Assembly (NCBI GenBank): GCA_043754515.1
Contig: JAYUUO010000154.1
Span: 1 to 11,678, forward strand
Length of the DNA stretch: 11,678 bases
Direction of reading: 5' to 3'
Source: Armatimonadota bacterium
GTDB taxonomy: Bacteria > Armatimonadota > Armatimonadia > Armatimonadales > Armatimonadaceae
Shown one piece after another: positions 1-7,729 of this stretch. The translations under genes and the position numbers were made by a program. The number at the start of each line of letters is the position of its first letter. Within the stretch, counting starts at the first letter, position 1. Below the pieces are notes generated by a model, which was given only the letters and a program-made list of their open reading frames with translations, was not told where the DNA came from and ran no database searches.

Positions 1-992
1 TTGCCCGTACCGAGGTTGTTCGACAGCGACACGAAACGCCAGTCGCGCGTCATCGCCCCTTCCACGTACTCGCCTTTCAGAGGCTCCCATCGGTAGCGGC
101 GGATGTTTACTCCGCGCACGCCGTTCGTTGGGTCGGGCGCGTCGAACGTCCGACCGAACTGCACCGAGCGCGGCCCCGTGTCCGCCGACCGGTAATAAAT
201 GAGCGCGACGTTCGTCCCGTTCTCGTCCGTCCACACGTTGCCGCTCGTGAACACCGCCGCGCCCTCCGGCGACGTGCCTTTCTGGGTCGCGGCCTCGATC
301 GTGGCCAGTCCCCGGAGGACCTTCGGCAGGCCCGACGAGGACAGTGCCTCGGGCGAGACGTACTTGATCAGGTCCTTGATCGTCGGGTTGTCGGCGAGCG
401 TCTGCGCCGTGTCCACCGTGTAGAGCGCGCTGTTAGGCTCGCGCAGTAGCCCCTTCCTGATCGCGATTTTGGCGTCGCGGATGTTCGACAGCGGCTGGCT
501 GTTCGGGCTCGCGTACTGCGCCCAGGAGGTGCCCGTCGCGCCGCCCGTGAGGGTGACTTTGTTGGCCGACGCGTAGTTGGTCGAGGAGCAAGCGACCGAG
601 GCGACCGCGATCTCGTTGTCGTTTTTTAGTGCCTCTGTCACAACCATGGTCGCGTCCACGCCGGGCTGGAGCGGGTTGTCGGCGAGGCTCTCGATCGCGT
701 CGGTCACCAAGTTCTTGCGGGCGTATTCCTCGCAGTAGTACGGCAGCGCGGACAGGTTGTAGTCCACCTCCGCCGCTTCGGTTTTGTTGGCGCGTAGCGA
801 GCGCGGTCGCCCCGCGCTGTCCACGCCCGAGTTCTTGAGGAACGTGTCCGTGTCGTACACAAAGTATTTGTTGCTCCGCTTCTCCACAGGGAGCGGCGGG
901 AAAACCTCGTCGGCATGAAACTGATCGTTCATGTACGCGACGGACAGGTACGTGAGTGCGGTATCGAGATGTACCGTGCCGAGTGCTGGCAT
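1..992 (-). CDS. Major capsid protein (HK97-fold, capsid E-like), 3' end outside window
   Basis: Translated by hand: ATG at 992 preceded by AAGGAAA, frame open to the window edge (330 codons): MPALGTVHLDTALTYLSVAYMNDQFHADEVFPPLPVEKRSNKYFVYD...SQPLSNIRDAK...RRYRWEPLKGEYVEG. The N-terminal D-x-x-L-T-x-x-S-V-x-Y...A-D-x-V-F-P-x-x-P-V pattern is typical of this capsid family. It follows the protease/scaffold and cement genes. Confidence 0.9.
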   Translation of the reverse strand, partial: MPALGTVHLDTALTYLSVAYMNDQFHADEVFPPLPVEKRSNKYFVYDTDTFLKNSGVDSAGRPRSLRANKTEAAEVDYNLSALPYYCEEYARKNLVTDAIESLADNPLQPGVDATMVVTEALKNDNEIAVASVACSSTNYASANKVTLTGGATGTSWAQYASPNSQPLSNIRDAKIAIRKGLLREPNSALYTVDTAQTLADNPTIKDLIKYVSPEALSSSGLPKVLRGLATIEAATQKGTSPEGAAVFTSGNVWTDENGTNVALIYYRSADTGPRSVQFGRTFDAPDPTNGVRGVNIRRYRWEPLKGEYVEGAMTRDWRFVSLSNNLGTG

Positions 993-1018
993 GGGGGTAG
1001 TTTCCTTTCCAGGGAGAG

Positions 1019-1059
1019 GCGCGTGGGGAGCATCACACTCCCCCCGCGCGTTTGTTTTT
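1019..1059. terminator. GC-rich hairpin between cement and capsid genes; T-tract lies on the + (antisense) strand
   Basis: GCGCGTGGGGAG (1019-1030) pairs with CTCCCCCCGCGC (1038-1049) with one mismatch and a 7-nt loop. It is followed on + by GTTTGTTTTT. Confidence 0.5.
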
Positions 1060-1462
1060 AAGACGTGAGCGCGGTTTGGAACGGCTGGAGGAGCACGTCC
1101 GCCGGGTTGCCCGCGAGCGCGGTGGTTAGCGCGAGGCCGACCACCTGCTTGTTCTGCGCCGCCGCCGCGATGGGCACGGCGTTCCCAGTCGCGTCGGAGA
1201 CGACGTACTGTCCGGCGGTGACGCCGCCCGCGCCCGCCGTGATGAGCACGACGTCGCGGTGCTGGATCGGCGCGTAGCCGAGCCGGTCGGTCGCCTCCAG
1301 CGTGACTCCGAGGAACCCGACCTGGTTCGCGGCCGAGAGAGCGCCGTTGCCGACGTTACCCGCGTTGAGATCCGCGACGATGATGCGGTTCGCCAGGACG
1401 GGCGTCGTTAGCGCGCCAGTGATGAGAACGGTCCTGCGACCGCTAGTGCCTTGCAAGGCCAT
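1058..1462 (-). CDS. Capsid cement/decoration protein (DUF2190-like)
   Basis: 134 aa, Ala/Gly/Val-rich, with 'FLGV...ITAGAGGVTAGQYVVSDATGNAV...VVGLAL..A.AG..ADVLL'. AGGAGG Shine-Dalgarno (SD) upstream. Sits between scaffold and capsid genes. Confidence 0.8.
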   Translation of the reverse strand: MALQGTSGRRTVLITGALTTPVLANRIIVADLNAGNVGNGALSAANQVGFLGVTLEATDRLGYAPIQHRDVVLITAGAGGVTAGQYVVSDATGNAVPIAAAAQNKQVVGLALTTALAGNPADVLLQPFQTALTS

Positions 1463-1483
1463 GGGGGGGAACCTCCTAGGTTA

Positions 1484-1525
1484 TCGAAAGAGAGGGCCGC
1501 CCCTCTCGAAAGAGAGGGGCGGCCC
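1484..1525 (-). terminator. Perfect 14-bp hairpin (terminator, attenuator or mRNA stabiliser) upstream of the cement gene
   Basis: GGGCCGCCCCTCTC (1494-1507) / 4-nt loop / GAGAGGGGCGGCCC (1512-1525). On the minus strand it is followed by the pyrimidine tract TCTCTTTC. Confidence 0.6.
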
Positions 1526-1574
1526 GGAAGAGACGGGATCGCGGCAACTAGAGAAGGCTGCGGCAACTTTCTGT

Positions 1575-2258
1575 TTAATGGACGGCGGAGGCTTCCTTGT
1601 AGCGGGCGGCGAGTTCCTTATCCGCCGAGCACACCTCGGAGAACGCGGCGGCGTAGCTGATACCCCTGCGCTCGGCCATCAGAGCGAGCACTTTTTTATG
1701 CAGGATGTTCGCGATCCCCTCCGAGTCCCCCCCCTCGATCTGCGCCCCGTCAACCGTGGTGCCCTTCGCCGGGGTCCCGGCGAGTGCCGTGATCACCACC
1801 GCGCTCGCGAAGGTCGGCTTCACGGCGGCGAACGCCGCCGGGTTGTCAGATGCGACCTTCTCCAGTTCCGTCGCCTGCGCGGGCGTGATTTTGAACTCAC
1901 GAACGAGCCCAGCGATGAACGCCTTGTCCTCACCGAGGACGCGGAGCGCACGCTCTTCCGAGATCGTTTTCTCAGACAGCGCGAGTTTCGCGGCCAGGTC
2001 GTTGAGCTGCTTGCCCATCGCCTCGGCGTTGTTTTGTTCCGTCAAATTCGCGGGCGCGGGTACGGCGGTCGGCACCGGTACCGCGACGGGCGGTTCGCCG
2101 CCGTTCCTGTTGCTGTTGTGGTTGTGATCATGGGTGCCCATACCCAGCGCGGCGAGGGCTGCCTGAAACCCGGCGGCGAACGCGTTCTGCGTCGGCGGTT
2201 CTTGCTGAAGCGCGATCGGCGCGATCAACGCCGGCTTCACGAACTTGTTAGATAGCAT
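1575..2258 (-). CDS. Nested in-frame scaffolding protein (227 aa, internal start)
   Basis: Internal ATG at 2258 is preceded by AGGAGG (2271-2266) with a 7-nt spacer, at the protease/scaffold boundary (PPSGGDN-MLSNK). Same arrangement as lambda C/Nu3 and Mu I/Z. Confidence 0.7.
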   Translation of the reverse strand: MLSNKFVKPALIAPIALQQEPPTQNAFAAGFQAALAALGMGTHDHNHNSNRNGGEPPVAVPVPTAVPAPANLTEQNNAEAMGKQLNDLAAKLALSEKTISEERALRVLGEDKAFIAGLVREFKITPAQATELEKVASDNPAAFAAVKPTFASAVVITALAGTPAKGTTVDGAQIEGGDSEGIANILHKKVLALMAERRGISYAAAFSEVCSADKELAARYKEASAVH

Positions 2259-3275
2259 ATTGTCCCCTCCTGAGGGCGGGGCGATTTCCCCGTGGTCGGC
2301 GAGCGATTCGCCCGAAGTGGCTAGTCGCTCGAAGTCATTGTTGTAAACGCGCCCGATCTGGGCGCGCGCGTCGTCGGTAAGTTCAGGGAAACTGAATTTC
2401 CCCTGTTCCTGGGTTCGCGCGAACTGCAAAACCTTCTCGAACCCGGCACCGGGGCAGGCACCGTCGTACACGGCGGAAACCTCGCCGCAGTGCGCATCTT
2501 CCAGGGAGAACGTCGCGCAACCATCGCTCACGCCGAGTGCGACCTGGGCCGCGATCTCGTCCTCGTCCATGGCGTAGGTCGTGCCCGGTATATGCGGGCA
2601 GTCGTAGTAGCCGTAGTGGTAATCGCCCTGCTCGTCGTAGCCGCCCGGCTGGTAGCCGAACAGGTCCTCGCCGCACACGTCGCAGATACAGTCGCCGCCG
2701 TATAGCCCAACCGAGCAGTCGAACACAGTGCCCGCGTCAATGCCCGCCGATAGGGCGTCCGTGCTGGGGCCGTCGTCACCGTTCGGCGACACGCCCGCGA
2801 GCATGTACATCCCGACCACGGCGCGCCCGACCGATTCGCCCGTCTCGGCGTCCGCGACCGTTTCGTAGCGGGCCGCGAACGTGCGGCCCATCGGCAACTC
2901 CGACCTACGGTGGGAGTTCATGAACGCGAACCCGTCCCCCGCGTCGAGCACGATGTTTTTCAGGGTGCTTTCGGCAAGGAACAGGTACCGATCGGCCACG
3001 AAACGGGTGCTCGCGGCTTCCAGGTAATGGATATGCAGGTCGGCGAGTGCGTAGGGCTTGCCAGTCGCGGCGCGCGGGGCGATCCCGTTGATCACCGCGA
3101 GGGCTTCGGTGTCCGTTTTGGGGAGCTTGCCCACGCCGCCCCGGTTGTGCGGTGACGGGTCCATCTTCAGGGAGAGGGCGTCACCGGCTTTCTCTCGACA
3201 AACCGCTGCGGTTTTCGATAGGAAGCGGGGTCGTACGCGGTGCATCCGCCCCCCCGCTTCTAGCGTCGTTCTCAT
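1575..3275 (-). CDS. Prohead protease-scaffold fusion (566 aa)
   Basis: ATG at 3275 with AAGGAGG SD (preferred to the ORF-track start at 3317). The N-terminal domain has 'FMNSH...LPMGR', 'DCSVG...CICDVCG...CPHIPG' and 'GEVSAVYDGACPGA', typical of phage prohead proteases with a Cys/His insert. The C-terminal half is helical and Ala/Glu-rich, with a Mu gpI/gpZ-like 'KITPAQ' and ending 'ISYAAAFSEV...ELAARY'. Confidence 0.8.
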   Translation of the reverse strand: MRTTLEAGGRMHRVRPRFLSKTAAVCREKAGDALSLKMDPSPHNRGGVGKLPKTDTEALAVINGIAPRAATGKPYALADLHIHYLEAASTRFVADRYLFLAESTLKNIVLDAGDGFAFMNSHRRSELPMGRTFAARYETVADAETGESVGRAVVGMYMLAGVSPNGDDGPSTDALSAGIDAGTVFDCSVGLYGGDCICDVCGEDLFGYQPGGYDEQGDYHYGYYDCPHIPGTTYAMDEDEIAAQVALGVSDGCATFSLEDAHCGEVSAVYDGACPGAGFEKVLQFARTQEQGKFSFPELTDDARAQIGRVYNNDFERLATSGESLADHGEIAPPSGGDNMLSNKFVKPALIAPIALQQEPPTQNAFAAGFQAALAALGMGTHDHNHNSNRNGGEPPVAVPVPTAVPAPANLTEQNNAEAMGKQLNDLAAKLALSEKTISEERALRVLGEDKAFIAGLVREFKITPAQATELEKVASDNPAAFAAVKPTFASAVVITALAGTPAKGTTVDGAQIEGGDSEGIANILHKKVLALMAERRGISYAAAFSEVCSADKELAARYKEASAVH

Positions 3276-3321
3276 TCTGCCTCCTTCTCCGTAGCATCGG
3301 TGGGAGCCCGCTTTCACCTGT

Positions 3322-3978
3322 TTAGCTGACTTCCGAGTCCGCGGGGTTCTCGCCGTCCAGCACCGCCGCTAGTTCGTCCGGGGCAGACTCGGTAACGATC
3401 GGTGACGGTTCATCAGGCACGGTCGCGGTTGGCTGGGGCGCGACGGCTTGGACTGCCTTGCGGCCTCGTCCGAGCGCGACGGTAGCGGCGGCGAGCGATG
3501 ATCCCGCGATCCCCTGCGCGAGTGCCGCTTCGTCCGCCTCGATCTCGGCGCGGTTCAGCGGGCGGATCCAAGCCGGCGGGGCCGCGATCGTCGCGCCGAC
3601 ACCATCGAGCAGGACGTCAACGTGCGGGTCCATATCGCCCGCGTGCTCGTCGTCGCTGATCGTGCCGTGCTGGCCGCTCGCGATCACCAGTACCCGTTGC
3701 CCGATCGCGGGCCACCCAGTTCCGCCGAGCAGCGAAGAAGAACGCGGGTTCTCTCCGGAAACCGAAGCGGTTCCCCCGCCCGTCGTCGCCTCCGCGCCCG
3801 TGTTCGCTTTGGCCATGCTGGGCGGACGCCAGCCGGGCTCCATCGCGAACACGGTGTCGCTCTGCGCGTGGTACCAGTGATTGGGACGCTTCGCCGGGTC
3901 GCGCTCCATATCGTCGGGGTTAACCCAGTCGGGTAGTTCACTCATCGTTTTCGTTGGCTCCTTAATCGCCGTTTTCAT
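3322..3978 (-). CDS. Hypothetical protein with central SH3/KOW-like barrel and disordered flanks
   Basis: 218 aa, starts 5 nt after the portal stop. Core 'WPAIGQRVLVIASGQHGTISDD...PHVDVLLDGVGATIAAPPAWIRPL' has a KOW/SH3-like pattern. An alternative start at M12 follows AAGGAG. Confidence 0.7.
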   Translation of the reverse strand: MKTAIKEPTKTMSELPDWVNPDDMERDPAKRPNHWYHAQSDTVFAMEPGWRPPSMAKANTGAEATTGGGTASVSGENPRSSSLLGGTGWPAIGQRVLVIASGQHGTISDDEHAGDMDPHVDVLLDGVGATIAAPPAWIRPLNRAEIEADEAALAQGIAGSSLAAATVALGRGRKAVQAVAPQPTATVPDEPSPIVTESAPDELAAVLDGENPADSEVS

Positions 3979-3983
3979 TACCG

Positions 3984-5402
3984 TTATCTGTCGCCGCTGT
4001 TATCACCCACGTCCCCACCCGTGCCGTCGCCGCCCCCGTCCCCCGTGCCGTCGCCGTTTGACGGAGGCGGGGTGATCACAGGCGGGGGCGCGCCGATGCC
4101 GTCCCATAGTTTCTCCATCTGGGTCCGAAGGTCGGCGTCTATCGGGGTTAGGCCCAGACGCTCGCGGATCTGGTCCTCCGCAGGGTGCATGACCTCGCTC
4201 GTGATGAGCGCGGCGAACGCCTGCGCCGTCTGGAGCATGTCGCCCGTGTCCCACACGCCGAGCGAAAACTTGGGGGCGAGCGCGAGCGCGGCGTCGCCCC
4301 AGTTGTAGCGCACCCACCGTCGCACGAGTCCGTAGTTGATCACGTCCTCGATGTCGACGCGCCGCCCGGACAGGTTGTATTCCTGCGTATCCTGATGCAC
4401 TTTGCCTAGCGCCATGGATCCCACGCGCTGTCCTTCACCGCTCGTGAGCGTCGCGCCGAGGTATCCCTTCGCGATTTGCTGTGTGTGGTGCTCAGCGGCG
4501 GCTTTGAACCCGGCGATGCCCGCGCCCGTGATCTCTTTCAGCGACGCTTCCACGCCGTCCGGCAGGATCGCGGGCGCGCCCTGCCGTATCCGCTGGAGGC
4601 ACTTCGCGGCGAGGTTCATGAGGTTCGCGGGCGCGTTCGCCAGGATGAACGGCGAGCCGTATTGCTCCAGCGCGATGTTCCAGAACCGGTACAAGAAGTC
4701 GAGCGACCACGAGTGCTTGTAAACCGCCCTGCCGAGGCCGTTACCGTAGGGTAGCGAATCTTTCGGGGCGAACGTGTAACGTAGTGCCTTCTCGGGCGGC
4801 ACGCCGAACTGGTAGCCGGTCGCGGGCGTGTAAGACGTGTAGCCGACGACGCGCAGGGTGCGCGCGTCGAGATCGAAGCCGATCTGCTGGCAGGGCTTGT
4901 GCGCGAGTTGCGCGAGGCCGAGCTTGCCCGCGTACGGGCCTGACTCCATCACGCGCCACTCGATCTCGGCGAACCGGAACCCGTAGTGGATCGCCGCGAG
5001 CAGCTCGAATATGTCCTGCCGGAACGAATAGCCGTTATCGCTCGCGTCCACGATGTTGTCGAGCGTGTATTCGAGCGCGTTCGCCATGAGCGCGGCCTGC
5101 ACGTAGTCGCCGTTCGCCTGGTCGAGAACGGCGGGCACCACGCGCCAACCTTTGTAGAGGACGGCGTCGCGGATGATGTTGAGCGGCGAGCGCACAGCGA
5201 TCATGCTGAGCATGTCGTCGAGGGTTTTATAGCCCTTGGTCGCGATGAACACATCGGGCGAGTAGGGCGCGAGTCGGAACGAAGGGACGAGGGTGTCATA
5301 GTAGGACCCGACCAGCGACTCGATCAACTCATCCTGCGTCCGCGCGTCCATCGGTTCGGCGGCGGCGACCTCTGTTGCTGCTGTTGGTGTTGCTGTTGCC
5401 AT
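3984..5402 (-). CDS. Portal protein (DUF935 / Mu gp29-like)
   Basis: 472 aa with 'LLAAIHYGFRFAEIEW', 'PYGNGLGRAVY..WSL...RFWNIALEQYGSPF', 'QIAKGYLGATLTS.EG...GSMALGKVH' and 'DQIRERLGL'. Located downstream of TerL. Confidence 0.92.
   Translation of the reverse strand: MATATPTAATEVAAAEPMDARTQDELIESLVGSYYDTLVPSFRLAPYSPDVFIATKGYKTLDDMLSMIAVRSPLNIIRDAVLYKGWRVVPAVLDQANGDYVQAALMANALEYTLDNIVDASDNGYSFRQDIFELLAAIHYGFRFAEIEWRVMESGPYAGKLGLAQLAHKPCQQIGFDLDARTLRVVGYTSYTPATGYQFGVPPEKALRYTFAPKDSLPYGNGLGRAVYKHSWSLDFLYRFWNIALEQYGSPFILANAPANLMNLAAKCLQRIRQGAPAILPDGVEASLKEITGAGIAGFKAAAEHHTQQIAKGYLGATLTSGEGQRVGSMALGKVHQDTQEYNLSGRRVDIEDVINYGLVRRWVRYNWGDAALALAPKFSLGVWDTGDMLQTAQAFAALITSEVMHPAEDQIRERLGLTPIDADLRTQMEKLWDGIGAPPPVITPPPSNGDGTGDGGGDGTGGDVGDNSGDR
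4018..4056. repeat. 15-nt direct repeat in the portal Gly/Asp-rich C-terminal tail
   Basis: CCCGTGCCGTCGCCG at 4018-4032 and 4042-4056, encoding GDGTG twice. Confidence 0.7.
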
Positions 5403-5411
5403 GTTTATTCG

Positions 5412-5669
5412 TCACCAAATAACGTCGAGCGCATCGGAGGTTCTGTCGTAGATCGCGTTGAGGCCCCGCTTCGGGCGAGTGCGCGGGCCGATCGTCCGGG
5501 TGCTTGGGGCTTGGGGGGGCGTCTCCTCCATCACCTCCCACCCGTCCTTTTTCACGGGCGGCGCGACAGGGACGGTCGGCGTTTCGATTGCCGCCTCTTT
5601 CCCCGTGCCGGACTCTTTACCAGAGTCCGGCGTCGCCGAACGCGCTCGTGTCGTCGTCGTCGTAGCCAT
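5412..5669 (-). CDS. Hypothetical 85-aa protein between TerL and portal
   Basis: AAGGA SD 9 nt upstream of the ATG. Fills the TerL-portal gap, ends 9 nt before the portal ATG and overlaps the TerL 3' end by 53 nt. Mostly low-complexity. Confidence 0.65.
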   Translation of the reverse strand: MATTTTTRARSATPDSGKESGTGKEAAIETPTVPVAPPVKKDGWEVMEETPPQAPSTRTIGPRTRPKRGLNAIYDRTSDALDVIW

Positions 5670-7254
5670 GGAGGGTGTCCTTTTCGTCGCCGCTGCCCGC
5701 CTGCGCCGCTTCGACCGCCGCCCATCCCGAGCCGCCTTCGAGCATCGAGAGCATCACGGCCTCCGCGAGATCGGGGCTAACGGTAGTTCGTTTCTTGATC
5801 TCGTCTTTCGACTCGACATGGATGCCGGACGGCTTCGGGCACCAGGTCGCCGAACACAGCTCCATCACGAGGCCCCGGTCGTCGGGGAGCGCGAACTGGC
5901 TGTCGTTGTCGGGGTCGAGCGCGTCCCGCAGACGCCAGTGCATTTCGGCCCGCTTGTTGTACATCTTGTATTTGCGGGACTTGTCGCGGTACGTGGATTT
6001 GGTCCCCACGTTCATCGCCGTCACGCAGTCCATGGCCCAGCCGCCCTCGTCCTCCGCGTCGAGCAACTTCTCGGCGCAGGACGCCCCGTAGCCGATCGCG
6101 TCCACGTTGATATAGCCGGATCCCTCGTACGCGTCCATCACGAGTTTCGCCGCCGACTTCCCATCCGGCGTTTCTTTACCTTCGTAGATGAGGAGCGGGG
6201 CTATCCAGTCGTCGTACCGGCGCGCGATTACGGTGCGGTCGCGCCCGCCGTGCGCGACGTCCACGCCCATCGCCGTCATCAGGTGCGTCGGGCGCGCTCG
6301 CGCCTTGCCGCGCAGGATCGCCGCCTCGACCCAGGCCGTGGGGATCACCTGCCATTTATCCACATCCTGCTCGGTGTCGAACTTGCCGTACAGGAGTTGC
6401 GAGCGGAGTGGTTCGGGCGTCGCCTGGAGCATGCGCCGGTATTCGCCGTCCGCCGCGAGGAACTGGTTGTCGGCGAGTTTCGCGGGGATGAACGTGCGCG
6501 ACATCGGGTACAGGGTTTCGGTCTCGCCGCCTTTCGCGCCGTGCTCGATCGGGTCGCCGGTCGGCACCTCGGTCTCGATCCCGTCGAGCATTACGTACCA
6601 GCGCAGGTCGCCGGGCAGCGCGGGGTTCGGGTGCGACTTGTCGAGCCAGGGCGCGAAGAAGCGGATCACCCACTCGCCGGACACCGAGGTCGGCGGGTTG
6701 AACGTGAACACGATGCGCCGACGCTGGTTCGGGCGCGTCGAGCGCACCCAGGCGATGATCGAGCGCACCTGCGATTCGATGAACTCCGTCACCTCGTCGA
6801 ATATCATCGCGTCCACGGGGCGACCCTTGAATCGCTCCCAGTCGGAGGGCATCGCCATCGCCGCGAACAGGATCTTCGCGCCGCCCGGTAGCGACAAGGT
6901 GAAATCCGACATGTTCAGCGCGGTGCGGTGGCCGTCGGTTATCTGCTTCGCCCGGTCCACGATGTCCTTCAGGTCGGTGTAGTAGCGGCGGAAGATGCGC
7001 GTGCGGTAATGCTCCATCACGGCGAGGCCGACCGCGAGATCCGTTTTCCCCCCACCGGCTTGTCCGCCATACCCGATAATATCGGCTTTCGATTCACAGG
7101 CCATCGTCTGGGGTCCCGGTTGCGGGGTCCAGAGTTTCGGGCGCGGCGCGGACGTCAGGGCTTCGGCCCGAAGCGCGGCGCGTTTTTTCAGCCGCGCCCT
7201 CCGCTCCTTTTCCGCTAACGCTGCCGCTAGCAAGGGCGTCAAGGCTCTCATCAC
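5617..7254 (-). CDS. terL: Terminase large subunit
   Basis: 545 aa. Q motif 'PQPGPQ', Walker A 'GYGGQAGGGKT', Walker B 'MIFDE', coupling motif 'TFNPP', RNase H-like nuclease 'MGVDVAHGGRDRTV...VDAIGYGA...SPDLAEA'. GGAG SD 7 nt before GTG 7254. Confidence 0.96.
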   Translation of the reverse strand: MMRALTPLLAAALAEKERRARLKKRAALRAEALTSAPRPKLWTPQPGPQTMACESKADIIGYGGQAGGGKTDLAVGLAVMEHYRTRIFRRYYTDLKDIVDRAKQITDGHRTALNMSDFTLSLPGGAKILFAAMAMPSDWERFKGRPVDAMIFDEVTEFIESQVRSIIAWVRSTRPNQRRRIVFTFNPPTSVSGEWVIRFFAPWLDKSHPNPALPGDLRWYVMLDGIETEVPTGDPIEHGAKGGETETLYPMSRTFIPAKLADNQFLAADGEYRRMLQATPEPLRSQLLYGKFDTEQDVDKWQVIPTAWVEAAILRGKARARPTHLMTAMGVDVAHGGRDRTVIARRYDDWIAPLLIYEGKETPDGKSAAKLVMDAYEGSGYINVDAIGYGASCAEKLLDAEDEGGWAMDCVTAMNVGTKSTYRDKSRKYKMYNKRAEMHWRLRDALDPDNDSQFALPDDRGLVMELCSATWCPKPSGIHVESKDEIKKRTTVSPDLAEAVMLSMLEGGSGWAAVEAAQAGSGDEKDTLHGYDDDDTSAFGDAGLW

Positions 7255-7729
7255 TCATCTTCTCCAGGAGCCGGGCGAGGGCGTGCGCGTTGCGCCCCCA
7301 CCGGTCGGGGAACCGCCGCTCCAGAAACGTCATCCAGAACTTCCAGTCGGTCTTGCCGGTCTGCTGAGCCATCTGGACGCCGAGCGACTCCGCCCGCGCG
7401 TCGGCGTTTTTTATAGCGTTGGCGAAAAGCACGTAATTTTCGTAGGCGGGGCGGTCCGCGTCGCGCCCCTCGCCCCTGCGTATCCACTCGTACCCAGCGG
7501 CGGTCGAGACCCCAGCGAGGGCGCAAGCGGTCTCGAAGTAGTTGCCGTCGCGGATGAAGCTTGCGATCTGCTCCGTCTTCTCCGGTGTCGGGCCGCCCTG
7601 CCCCGGAGGCCGACCGCGACGCTTAGTAGGAGAGTCCTCTGCTGGTCCAGACAAAGCAGGTGAAATCTCGCTTTCACCGACGCGGCGATTTTCTGCTGCT
7701 GCTGTTTTCTTGTTGAAAGGGACTTCCAT
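7094..7729 (-). CDS. terS: Terminase small subunit (start uncertain)
   Basis: 'GRPP...TPEKTEQIASFIRDGNYFETACALAGVS....YEWIRRG...Y..FANAIKNADARAE...DWKFWMTFLERRFPDRWG' is a recognisable TerS-type HTH plus helical pattern, directly upstream of TerL. No SD is visible at ATG 7729. Confidence 0.85.
   Translation of the reverse strand: MEVPFNKKTAAAENRRVGESEISPALSGPAEDSPTKRRGRPPGQGGPTPEKTEQIASFIRDGNYFETACALAGVSTAAGYEWIRRGEGRDADRPAYENYVLFANAIKNADARAESLGVQMAQQTGKTDWKFWMTFLERRFPDRWGRNAHALARLLEKMSDESLDALASGSVSGKGAEGAAEKTRRASGRSPDVRAAPETLDPATGTPDDGL

Noticed and set aside
704..916. 70-aa minus-strand ORF suggesting a frameshifted capsid gene
   Set aside because: Manual translation shows the capsid frame from 992 is uninterrupted. 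This ORF is an alternate-frame artefact.
5458..6982. Long + strand ORFs (477 aa and 264 aa), and similar ones at 1302-2255, 4986-5780 and 9801-10442
   Set aside because: Antisense shadows of well-supported minus-strand genes in GC-rich DNA, with no recognisable motifs.
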